Source of the DNA: a virus
Virus record (IMG/VR): IMGVR_UViG_3300021092_000026
Location: 1 to 64,000 of that record
Length of the DNA stretch: 64,000 nt
Reading direction: 5' to 3' (one strand)
Part shown: positions 48,247 through 56,950 of the stretch, piece after piece
How positions within the stretch are numbered: position 1 is the first letter of the stretch
Layout of the letters: each line of letters begins with the position of its first letter
Translations under genes and position numbers: made by a program
The notes under the pieces: generated by a model
Database searches by the model: none
Seen by the model: only the letters and a program-made list of their open reading frames with translations
What the model was told of the DNA's origin: nothing

Positions 48247-48705
48247 TTAATTATCCAAATCTTTTGTGTAATAAAAAACACCAATCCCCGCTTCCTCAAA
48301 CATTTTGATACTTCGTTCCGCACTTTCTTCCCACTTTAACTGATTAGAACCACCACCCAACATCCATATCTCCTTAATCCCAGCGTTTATAATCCCCCTT
48401 GCACAATCTGCGCAAGGTATTCCACAAGTCATATACATCCTCGCTCCATTCGTAGATACACCAATTCGGGCTGCATTATAGATAGCATTTCTTTCAGCGT
48501 GTTCAAACCAATAATACTTTTCAGGTCTATTCTGCCTTTCTTTGACACCATCATCAATCCCTCGTGGGAATGAGTTATACCCAGTAGATATAATCTCATT
48601 ATTATCCCCAACCAACACTACACCGATTTGTGTACTTTTATCTTTGGATTTTAATTTTACTACTTCAGCAATTTTTAAAAAGTATTCAGTCCAGTTCATT
48701 ATCAA
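48247..48705 (-). CDS. dCMP deaminase
   Basis: GYN, HAERNAI and PCADC. Confidence 0.93.
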   Translation of the reverse strand: MIMNWTEYFLKIAEVVKLKSKDKSTQIGVVLVGDNNEIISTGYNSFPRGIDDGVKERQNRPEKYYWFEHAERNAIYNAARIGVSTNGARMYMTCGIPCADCARGIINAGIKEIWMLGGGSNQLKWEESAERSIKMFEEAGIGVFYYTKDLDN

Positions 48706-48977
48706 AACTTAAAAGATAGTTTATATTCCTTATCACCTTCAGTTTTAAAGTGAACATCCTGACCTTTCCAATTTACGATTTCAGTTATCTTATCAGAACA
48801 AAAAGAATAAAATGAACCCATACCATCTGAATATTCAAAATTAAGAACGAGTATATTACCTACATGCGGCCCACCATCTTGCCAATTTTTTATACCACCT
48901 CGCAAATCTCTTTGGGCCCATTTGGCCGATTCTGCCTCCCAAATCCGGCCACTATTTACATCTTCTAATTTATACAT
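48702..48977 (-). CDS. Hypothetical protein
   Basis: Overlap-coupled ORF. Confidence 0.5.
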   Translation of the reverse strand: MYKLEDVNSGRIWEAESAKWAQRDLRGGIKNWQDGGPHVGNILVLNFEYSDGMGSFYSFCSDKITEIVNWKGQDVHFKTEGDKEYKLSFKF

Positions 48978-49404
48978 AATTATTAGCTATATCAATTCCC
49001 ATCATTCGTTTAATATGTCTACCTCCCTCAAAATCGGTTTCTAAAAATGTGGTTAGGATATCAACCGCATCATCAATACAAAGAAACCTTGCAGATAAAC
49101 AAATAACATTTGCATTATTGTGAGCCCTTGCTAATCGTGCAGTATCAACATCCCAACAAAGTGCGGCACGGATTCCCGGCCATTTATTCGCTGCCATACA
49201 CATCCCATTACCACTACCACATATAAGAATACCAAATTGTGATTTAAAGTTTGAACATAACCTATGTGCGTAATCTGGGTAATCAACGGACTCGGGAGTA
49301 TTCGTTCCCAAGTCCGTTAATTCTACGCCATTCTTACTCATAAACTCAATTAGGTGGTTTTTTAATTCCCACCCAGCGTGGTCTGATGCAATTAGTATTG
49401 ACAT
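48970..49404 (-). CDS. rpiB: Ribose-5-phosphate isomerase B
   Basis: SDHAG, DYPD, ICGSGNG, ANK, HNNAN and FEGGRH. Confidence 0.93.
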   Translation of the reverse strand: MSILIASDHAGWELKNHLIEFMSKNGVELTDLGTNTPESVDYPDYAHRLCSNFKSQFGILICGSGNGMCMAANKWPGIRAALCWDVDTARLARAHNNANVICLSARFLCIDDAVDILTTFLETDFEGGRHIKRMMGIDIANNYV

Positions 49405-49416
49405 TTTTATTTTATC

Positions 49417-50985
49417 CTAATTTTTAATAATACGGGTTGTATAATTTCCTGATAGTGTTCTAACATTAACAAAAAGAATACCCCTTATAGTATCTTCAAT
49501 ATTAACTATTGAACGATTTTCATTGTATGTAATATCCGATTGAACATTAGAACCCATAATATTAAATACTGAAATATTTGTAATAGGTTCGTTAGATTCC
49601 ACCGTGAATTGGTTATTCATAGGGTTTGGATAAACACTCATTCGTTTTGAGATATCCATATAACGAATAGATGTTCTAATTGTATCCGGGTTAAAATTAG
49701 ACCAACCAATTGTCCAATCAGATGTACCAAACGCACCACGATGAGTAACGGGTGTAAAGAAATTGTTTGATAGTCGGGGATTTGAAAAAGAAGCACCTGT
49801 TAATAAAATACTATTTTGTTGAGGAAGCAATTGTGGGTTTGTTAGATTATTATATCCTGAAGATAACCCAATTTGCGATGTACTATCAAATACTTCATTT
49901 TCTCTTAAACTATCACTAAAATAATTCACCATCCCAGCCCAAGAGTTTGCTCCGGCCGTTTGTTCAAATTTATTAGTCATATTAGCAAATACTACCCTTT
50001 CAATTTGAAGGATATCGTTGGTGGCATTTGATTGAGCAGCCGAACCATCAATATGTACTCCCGTTGGATATCCCATAAATAATGAATTATAAACGGATGT
50101 TCTCGTGTTTCTACGAAGGTGTAATGCCCTACGATAAAGCGAATTTGGTGTTCCATTTTCTTTTGGACCGATAATAGTTACATTTGAAAATAGTGGTGCG
50201 GTAATAGGAGTATTCCCACTACCCGTTCCATCGTTATCAGATTCAAACCCGTTTGATTGGGATTGGTCGGCAATGGCTGCATCGCGTATTGATAAAGCAA
50301 ACTGTACTTTACCTGTATAACCAAAATCGGTATCAAAATCATCATCCCATCCACGATGGGCAATTAGATATTTACCATTAACTGTTCCACCAAACCACTC
50401 AAAGGCATCATCGCCTGAATAACTGACTTGTACATATTCAATAATAGTTTTACTACCAACACCACCCAAAGTTAATCCGTTAATTTCATTATTTGGTTGA
50501 TAAGCAATGCCGGGAAATTCAATACGAACATACCTAAATACACCCGAACTATCTTCATCATCAGTTCCACCATAGGTCGCATCTTGCCCTAAAAGACCAC
50601 CTTCAATAATACCAACCCCACCAGGAATATTAGTGGTAGCGTTTCCTAAAATAACAACACCACCCCAATCTCCATAACCTCGCTGACCGGTGGGTTCATT
50701 TGAGGTAAAAACAATTGGTTGGGTTTGAGTTCCATTTGCGTTAATACGGCCGTTTTTAGTAACAATTAAAGTTCCCTTTGATGCTTTATCGCCTCTGATA
50801 ATTGTACCAGGTTCAATAGTTAAGGTTGCCCCATTTTTTACAAACCGATTTCCCGTTAGTAAATAAATTGTACCACTATTCCAAGTGGTGTTTGTTGTAA
50901 TATCCGATTGGATAGTATCAACTGTAGTTTGCGCTTGTGCGAAACTAATCATGCTCAAAAGAGCGAGAATAAAACTTTTTTTCAT
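49417..50985 (-). CDS. Secreted beta-helix protein with a T9SS type A C-terminal sorting domain
   Basis: Signal peptide (..FAQA|Q); PIVFTS, WGG and DDAFEWFGG; C-terminal VYPNP..ISVFNIMG..G...V.....TTRIIK. Confidence 0.85.
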   Translation of the reverse strand: MKKSFILALLSMISFAQAQTTVDTIQSDITTNTTWNSGTIYLLTGNRFVKNGATLTIEPGTIIRGDKASKGTLIVTKNGRINANGTQTQPIVFTSNEPTGQRGYGDWGGVVILGNATTNIPGGVGIIEGGLLGQDATYGGTDDEDSSGVFRYVRIEFPGIAYQPNNEINGLTLGGVGSKTIIEYVQVSYSGDDAFEWFGGTVNGKYLIAHRGWDDDFDTDFGYTGKVQFALSIRDAAIADQSQSNGFESDNDGTGSGNTPITAPLFSNVTIIGPKENGTPNSLYRRALHLRRNTRTSVYNSLFMGYPTGVHIDGSAAQSNATNDILQIERVVFANMTNKFEQTAGANSWAGMVNYFSDSLRENEVFDSTSQIGLSSGYNNLTNPQLLPQQNSILLTGASFSNPRLSNNFFTPVTHRGAFGTSDWTIGWSNFNPDTIRTSIRYMDISKRMSVYPNPMNNQFTVESNEPITNISVFNIMGSNVQSDITYNENRSIVNIEDTIRGILFVNVRTLSGNYTTRIIKN

Positions 50986-51028
50986 AGATTGTTTTTTTAA
51001 ATTGTTTATATAAATAAATATTGATTTT

Positions 51029-51367
51029 TTATTTCCAAAATATTTGTATCAATATAATAACTCCTGATAAAATTAAACACACCATTGTTTTTGTATTTAA
51101 ATTCTCTCCAAAAAGTAATTGTGAAAGTATAGCAAAAACCACTACCCCAATACCAAACCCAATAAGACGGGATGGCCAAAGTAACCCACCATAATAGTTG
51201 ATAATTTGCCTAACCGATTCCATATACATCATTGATATTGGAATACCCATTAATACAATAACCCAATAGTTATCTTTGAACCATTGGTATTTTATCTGAC
51301 CTTGTAGTTGATAAAAAGTAAGTACCTGTGCCAATAGCATCAGAAACATTCCGATTAAAAGTGCCAT
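51029..51367 (-). CDS. Four-TM small membrane protein (SMR/DMT-like)
   Basis: Four hydrophobic helices; LFGE.L motif. Confidence 0.6.
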   Translation of the reverse strand: MALLIGMFLMLLAQVLTFYQLQGQIKYQWFKDNYWVIVLMGIPISMMYMESVRQIINYYGGLLWPSRLIGFGIGVVVFAILSQLLFGENLNTKTMVCLILSGVIILIQIFWK

Positions 51368-51407
51368 TTTTTATTTTTTAAATTTATGAATAAACCTTTC
51401 TACCATA

Positions 51408-51857
51408 TTATGAACAATGATAATCTGCTGCTTTGGTAGCAATTTGAGAATGGGGTTTTATATTTACTCTGTATCCTAAAGAACTCGCCCACCCTCTAGT
51501 AGCAGATACTAAACGATTGGAGGGCCAATATTCATCTTCATTATAATCCATATCCAACTCTACATTTACATTTATTTGTTGAGTAAACCATTCAGCGGTT
51601 TCTATTGTACGAGAACATTCTTCAAATAAACGCTTGAACAGGTCTTTTATGATAGGTACTTTTTCTTTACTATAAATATAATGAACCCCTCTAATACCAA
51701 ACCTATACGCAATAGCAGTTACATATACTGTTTGTATTCCCACATTTTGAGAATCAGTACCAATATATATTTTGGTTGATGGATACTTTTTTAGTACACC
51801 CAATGTATGCTCTATAGGGTCAACATAACCATTATCTACTGAACGAAATTTTTTCAA
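51408..51857 (-). CDS. RNase H-like YkuK (DUF458) family protein
   Basis: IYIGTDSQ; RLFEE; D.N; KP....A..AAD. Confidence 0.85.
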   Translation of the reverse strand: MKKFRSVDNGYVDPIEHTLGVLKKYPSTKIYIGTDSQNVGIQTVYVTAIAYRFGIRGVHYIYSKEKVPIIKDLFKRLFEECSRTIETAEWFTQQINVNVELDMDYNEDEYWPSNRLVSATRGWASSLGYRVNIKPHSQIATKAADYHCS

Positions 51858-51919
51858 TTTTTAAAGATATTTTTATCTTCTAATATAATAATTAGTTTTT
51901 TCATAGGTTTATTTTTTTG

Positions 51920-51993
51920 TACTCCGTACGGGACTCGAACCCGTAAGCTTTCCCGTGAAAGGGGAATGTCCTAACCAATTAGACGAACGGAGC
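51920..51993 (-). tRNA. tRNA-Glu(TTC)
   Basis: GCTCCGTTCGTCTAATTGGTTAGGAC-A-TTCCC-CTTTCAC-GGGAA...GTTCGAGTCC. Confidence 0.95.
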
Positions 51994-52003
51994 GCATTTA
52001 TTG

Positions 52004-52077
52004 TGTTCCTGGTAGGGTTCGAACCTACGACCACCTGATTATGAGTCAGACGCTCTAACCTGCTGAGCTACGGGAAC
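52004..52077 (-). tRNA. tRNA with CAT anticodon (probably Ile2, possibly elongator Met)
   Basis: GTTCCCGTAGCTCAGCAGGTTAGAGCG-TCTGA-CTCATAA-TCAGG; no initiator GGG/CCC stem. Confidence 0.9.
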
Positions 52078-52219
52078 GATTTTTTTAGATTAATGATGTT
52101 AAAATATTACCAACAATAGCAAAGGCCCAAGCTATAATTACTAAAGTTGATAACGCTACTACAAAGTAGTGAAATACATCATCCGGTGTGGTTTTTAGTT
52201 TCATACCTATTACTTTTTA

Positions 52220-52435
52220 TTAGCGATATAGTGTAACAATACTACCAAACTCTTCATCAAAGATTTTGATTAAGTTTTCATAATCACCACTCATCATCCT
52301 ATTGGTAATTTCTTTTGAATCCTTACCAAGTTGTTTGGCCAACTTTGATGCAGTTCCAATAAGAAAGAATGCGTTACCTTGAGGGCCAGTCAAATCAATT
52401 TCTAAATTGCGGTTGGTTGGTTTTTTCTTTATCAT
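52220..52435 (-). CDS. Conserved small phage protein
   Basis: IDLTGPQGNAF..M.SGDYE.L. Confidence 0.7.
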   Translation of the reverse strand: MIKKKPTNRNLEIDLTGPQGNAFFLIGTASKLAKQLGKDSKEITNRMMSGDYENLIKIFDEEFGSIVTLYR

Positions 52436-52440
52436 AATTT

Positions 52441-52767
52441 TTATTTTAAATAATTTGGTCCATACGGGGTATAATTACAACCTTCAGTAACATTTCCACG
52501 ACTAATTGCGGCGGGTTGACGGTGGGTTGCTGCTTTTAACAAATCACCTCTAAGATAAGGTCTACCTTTTAATACACCATTATTACGGGCGATAAATCCC
52601 CACACAGAATTGTTTACTACAATTTTGTGAAATTTACTTCCGGTGTTTAACTTTATATCAACTATCGCCCTACCGAATTGAGCATTGTAATACTCATTCA
52701 GTTGGGATGTTAATACATTCATAAAATCCTCAATAGTGGTGCAGGGGGGGCAATTCAATTGTTTCAT
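52441..52767 (-). CDS. Conserved small phage protein
   Basis: SVWGFI..GDLLKAA...PA...RGN. Confidence 0.65.
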   Translation of the reverse strand: MKQLNCPPCTTIEDFMNVLTSQLNEYYNAQFGRAIVDIKLNTGSKFHKIVVNNSVWGFIARNNGVLKGRPYLRGDLLKAATHRQPAAISRGNVTEGCNYTPYGPNYLK

Positions 52768-52966
52768 ATAAAATTTAGGTTAAATCTTTAATTTATAAAA
52801 TCGGATGCGTTGACAATAAAATCTTCTTCTTCGCCTGTATGAAAATTCTTAACAACTACAATGAATGAGTTTTCATTGAATTTACCGTGAACCATACCTT
52901 CACGAATAACTCCATTATCATTGAATTTACGAATTTCTGAAATCTTTATTTTGTTCATAATCTTAA

Positions 52967-53524
52967 TTAAGCTGTGATACCACTCATATATGGTAATAAC
53001 TCAACCTTAGCTTTTTCAGCTATTTTAGTATCTACATACTTTACAGTATCACTAAAGGTTCTCCCACTACGAACTTCATTCACAACCCACTCTACAGTAC
53101 CAAAGCGGGGTTGGTTTTCAGTAAATGCGTATTTAACACCCGCCTCCAACTCCAATCCATTATCGGAAATAGTACCACTATTTTCATAGCTTTCATACAT
53201 ATCAATCATTCCATTGAATTTACCATACTCCCACATATCCACAAAATCAGAAATCGTTTTGAAAGATTGAGAGTCAATTGGAGCGCCTAATTTGGTGCAT
53301 ACATACACACGGAGGGAGTTACCACCTGAAAAGGAATCCGATGCCACACGGCACAACACATTTGGAAAATTTCGCTTAACAAACTGCTTCACCAAAAGAC
53401 CGGCGGTAGGGGGATTCACATACACATACTTACTACCCTTAGTAGGGCCGTAGTTTTTAGTACGGATTGCTTTCAACGGGAGTTCGTAAGAAGAACCGTG
53501 GATACTAACTGAAAATTTTGTCAT
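52967..53524 (-). CDS. LPD29-like polyvalent-protein-associated domain protein
   Basis: FP.....V.SDSFSGG.SL.V ... G.FNGMIDMYE. Confidence 0.55.
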   Translation of the reverse strand: MTKFSVSIHGSSYELPLKAIRTKNYGPTKGSKYVYVNPPTAGLLVKQFVKRNFPNVLCRVASDSFSGGNSLRVYVCTKLGAPIDSQSFKTISDFVDMWEYGKFNGMIDMYESYENSGTISDNGLELEAGVKYAFTENQPRFGTVEWVVNEVRSGRTFSDTVKYVDTKIAEKAKVELLPYMSGITA

Positions 53525-53667
53525 AATATAGGGGTTTAATTTTTTAGGATGCTAATTCGGTATCAAACCTTTGAACAGGCTCTTTAAGCAGGTTTACCCT
53601 ACAAGGTTCATCAACGATGAAAAGGTAAACAATCAATAAACTCATTAGGTTCGTTTTCATATCTCTC

Positions 53668-53792
53668 ATTAACTTACAAAGTAAAGATACTACAGAAAAC
53701 CTATATTTCCAAGCTTTCAATATTAAATTATCATTAAATTTATCCACATTTTGCTCTAAATCCACGAAATAGTGTCCAATTTAGTGGACACT
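53668..53792 (-). promoter_or_regulatory. Composite early promoter with DnaA box and palindrome
   Basis: TTATCCACA at 53740; AGTGTCCA-N6-TGGACACT at 53771-53792. Confidence 0.75.
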
Positions 53793-53807
53793 TTTTTATA
53801 TGGGTGG

Positions 53808-54056
53808 TTAATTCCACCTTTTTTCATGCCGTTCCTTTAATTCATTTACCTCTAATTTAACCTCTAACCAATATTCATATCCTCTATCTGCCCCCATATC
53901 ACCCAATACCTCATTACAGGTTATTAATGCGCATTGGATTGCTTCACTCCACCTGCTACTACAACAATTAATTCCTGTGTTTAGGCTACCATTGTTGGGG
54001 AATGAGTAATAAAATTTATCCACCAACCATTTTGCTTTTTCTTTTGCAGTCATCAT
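53808..54056 (-). CDS. Hypothetical protein of a family common in Bacteroidota phages
   Basis: MTAKEKA..LV.K..A.QCALI....YW.EVK. Confidence 0.6.
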   Translation of the reverse strand: MMTAKEKAKWLVDKFYYSFPNNGSLNTGINCCSSRWSEAIQCALITCNEVLGDMGADRGYEYWLEVKLEVNELKERHEKRWN

Positions 54057-54190
54057 AACATTTACAATTTTTTATCATTATGCTTTTTATACAAATGCGT
54101 TGTAATGATGAATATCGCAAAAACAACCATCATTATAAATGATAGTATCGTAAAATCTATTTTAATCATAACTTTATTTTTTTATTAATT

Positions 54191-54496
54191 TTATGATATC
54201 ATCCAATTAATATCCTGTTTGTATGTAATAATTTCATGCCCATTATAATCATTAATTGTAAATTCGGTATCAACAGGTATTAAACATACTGATAAACCGG
54301 ATATACCTCCGAGATGTATGCCTGGATAAGTTTTTTCTACATATGATATGGTGGCATCGTGATTACCTGATTCAACCAACTCAATTAATTTTGGGTCAAA
54401 AACTGCGTTGGGTGGTGCTCCATAGGTATAAAACCCTGAACCATGCCCTTCAGATATTAAGACCTTGGTCATGCCATCAACAACTACTTTTTCCAT
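54191..54496 (-). CDS. Conserved phage hypothetical protein
   Basis: VLIS.G.G.G..FDP..IP....F.I..Y.G.E. Confidence 0.6.
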   Translation of the reverse strand: MEKVVVDGMTKVLISEGHGSGFYTYGAPPNAVFDPKLIELVESGNHDATISYVEKTYPGIHLGGISGLSVCLIPVDTEFTINDYNGHEIITYKQDINWMIS

Positions 54497-54686
54497 AATG
54501 TATATTATTTAATTTAAACTAAAATAATTATCACCATCCGTAACACCATTATAATATTCTAAAAGAATAAGTTCTGCTGTTTCCTCATCAACCCATTGGT
54601 GGTATTGTGTAAATTCACCAACCCAAAATTTACCATATTGATAAGGTAAATCCCATACTGATAATTTTGTGTTTTTCATATCTTAA

Positions 54687-55085
54687 TTAAAGTTTAATTT
54701 CAAAACGATTACGCATTTGTTCAATCTTTTCTTCGGGTACTCCATGCTCATTGACACCATTATGGCGATTTTCAACAATGATAGAAAATACTTGATATTC
54801 ATATTTAGCAGCCAATTTATAGTATGCTTCCATCTCCCACTCTTGAGTGAAAGTGTTGGAAACCACAATCCGATTTACATTGATTTGTGGGTCATTACAT
54901 CTCATCCATATTTGTGTTTGTGATTGGCAGTAATTATGTGCTAATTTAAGTTTAGAAGCATCAAAATTATATTTACCATCCACCATAAAGTATTGGTCGG
55001 CTTCAATATTAATACCACCAAGCGCTTTAGCAAATGTTGATTTACCCGAACCTGGCAGGCCACGAACTAAAAATAACTTTTTCAT
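54687..55085 (-). CDS. P-loop (AAA_33) polynucleotide-kinase-like protein
   Basis: RGLPGSGKST, EAD, VSNT and HGVP. Confidence 0.85.
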   Translation of the reverse strand: MKKLFLVRGLPGSGKSTFAKALGGINIEADQYFMVDGKYNFDASKLKLAHNYCQSQTQIWMRCNDPQINVNRIVVSNTFTQEWEMEAYYKLAAKYEYQVFSIIVENRHNGVNEHGVPEEKIEQMRNRFEIKL

Positions 55086-55089
55086 TTTG

Positions 55090-55257
55090 TTAAACCTCTT
55101 TTTTTAAAGTAAACCAAAGTATTAGATATATCCAAAATGCGTATGGGAATATAAATAAAAATCCTATTCTCCAAAGGATTGGTGGTATTCCACTCCATTT
55201 ACCAAGTCCATCACATACCCCACCAATATAACCATTACCTAAAAATAACTTATCCAT
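55090..55257 (-). CDS. pspC: PspC-domain protein (55 aa)
   Basis: Own translation MDKLFLGNGYIGGVCDGLGKWSGIPPILWRIGFLFIFPYAFWIYLILWFTLKKEV. Confidence 0.75.
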   Translation of the reverse strand: MDKLFLGNGYIGGVCDGLGKWSGIPPILWRIGFLFIFPYAFWIYLILWFTLKKEV

Positions 55258-55314
55258 AAAATATAGTTATAGTTTTCATATACAAATATACAAATTAAAT
55301 TTTAAATATCCAAA

Positions 55315-56358
55315 TTAAAGTTTAGAAAATTTAGGACGGATTATTTTCCATATCAATCCCGAATAATCTTTATCATCATACATCTTAAATAAGATTGCCG
55401 GGTACTTATGCTTTTTAGCAAGTTCAGCGAACCTGGCACGAATTTCAAATTCATCGGATTTACTAAGAATCTTAAATATCCAAATATATTCATCCTCTAT
55501 TTTATTGTATTTATCCACCAACTTATTTGAGTATTGGCGAATCTTATCATAAAATTCATCGGGAACATCGGTTAGGGTTGATAGAATATCACCACCATTA
55601 GAAAGAGCATCCCATACTGCGGTAGTAGAAAGGTGGGTCATTATTCGGTGAAGTCTTAAATATTCTTCACCTTTTATTTTAACCCTATCACCGTTTGAGA
55701 AACGAACTACGAATCCTTCCTGATTGTTTTTTACCATACCTTTTAATAGATTGTAGTTAGATATAGTATCGTATTTCTTTACTAAATCCCAACCTTTAAA
55801 AGTAGCTGGTTCACCCCAATAAATTTCAAAAGTAGATGAATCATCTCGCAAAATTTCTTCACCGGTATCGGTTTTGATAGCAGCAAGTAAAACAAGTCGG
55901 CTCACTCCACCATAATCAACAACTATCTTATTTTCGGGATAGATTATCTCAAACAGGTAGGTGTAACCATCTAATAGAATTTCAGAAAAATTATACCTAT
56001 CACCCCAATCAGCCATCCATATAGCTTGTTCGGATGTGAATGAACCACGAGTAGCATAAACAGCCCGACCTTCCCACAAAAAAACGATTCCCAAAGAACC
56101 ATCCATTTTTTCAAAAACTTGGAACTTTTCAGTTGGTGTATGTTTTTTCTCTTCAATATTAAAAAACTTTTGGAATGGACGAGCAACTATTTGACCACTA
56201 CCATCAGTAACAAGACCTCTACACTGTAAAGTAATCTCATCCCACAAACTTTCATATTGAACCTTTTCGGTATAGTTCCATATAGTAAGTGGTAAGGTTG
56301 GGTGAATCTGCGAATATAACAATCCCCTCTCCTTATAATCATTTAATATATCTAACAT
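55315..56358 (-). CDS. T4 Rnl1-like RNA ligase
   Basis: CRGL, KFFN, EKMDGSLG, TRGSF, EGFVV and KIK. Confidence 0.92.
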   Translation of the reverse strand: MLDILNDYKERGLLYSQIHPTLPLTIWNYTEKVQYESLWDEITLQCRGLVTDGSGQIVARPFQKFFNIEEKKHTPTEKFQVFEKMDGSLGIVFLWEGRAVYATRGSFTSEQAIWMADWGDRYNFSEILLDGYTYLFEIIYPENKIVVDYGGVSRLVLLAAIKTDTGEEILRDDSSTFEIYWGEPATFKGWDLVKKYDTISNYNLLKGMVKNNQEGFVVRFSNGDRVKIKGEEYLRLHRIMTHLSTTAVWDALSNGGDILSTLTDVPDEFYDKIRQYSNKLVDKYNKIEDEYIWIFKILSKSDEFEIRARFAELAKKHKYPAILFKMYDDKDYSGLIWKIIRPKFSKL

Positions 56359-56374
56359 ACTAAATTTTATCTTA

Positions 56375-56629
56375 TTAATTATAGAATAATCCTTCAGATA
56401 ACTTATTGCTTAATGTATGGTCCATATAATCCCACGGGTGCATTCCTGCTATTTCCCTTAGTTTACTATCTCTAGCTAACCACATAACACTATCATATTG
56501 TAATTCCCCAATATAATTGGAGGATTTCATTTGTTCCAAAATTGCGGAAACCGATAAGGGATACTTATTAGCCTCTCCTTCAATTACTGCTTTAGCTTCC
56601 GGCTTCAATCGTTCAAATAGATTTTTCAT
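56375..56629 (-). CDS. Hypothetical protein
   Basis: Downstream of an early promoter repeat. Confidence 0.55.
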   Translation of the reverse strand: MKNLFERLKPEAKAVIEGEANKYPLSVSAILEQMKSSNYIGELQYDSVMWLARDSKLREIAGMHPWDYMDHTLSNKLSEGLFYN

Positions 56630-56643
56630 AACTTTTATTTTTT

Positions 56644-56712
56644 AATTTACAAAGTAAAGATACTACAAAAGGAGCAATTATCCAAACTTTCAATATTAAA
56701 TTATCGTTAAGT
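56644..56712 (-). promoter_or_regulatory. Early promoter repeat
   Basis: TTTGGATAATTGCTCCTTTTGTAGTATCTTTACTTTGTAA. Confidence 0.75.
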
Positions 56713-56919
56713 TTTAGATGAGGCCTCATTTACCCACTCTCCACTTGAATCCTCCCAGTAGATTCGATTACCTTCAGAATCGTATTCATACTTTACCCAA
56801 AACCTATCCGAATTTTCGGAGTAGATTAGGTTATTATTCGTGTCCCGTATTTCCAACCGACCGATGGTCTCAAAGTCCCAGTTAAGAAACTGTCCAATTG
56901 TTTGTGTCGTATTTCTCAT
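56707..56919 (-). CDS. YD-like repeat family member (short)
   Basis: TIGQFLNWDF cap; YDSEGNRIYWEDS. Confidence 0.7.
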   Translation of the reverse strand: MRNTTQTIGQFLNWDFETIGRLEIRDTNNNLIYSENSDRFWVKYEYDSEGNRIYWEDSSGEWVNEASSKT

Positions 56920-56950
56920 TTTTTAATTTACAATGTAAAGATACTAAATT

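Noticed and set aside
53661-53765. 5' half of ORF 53544-53765
   Set aside because: It translates the promoter cassette; at most a short peptide from ATG 53660 is plausible.
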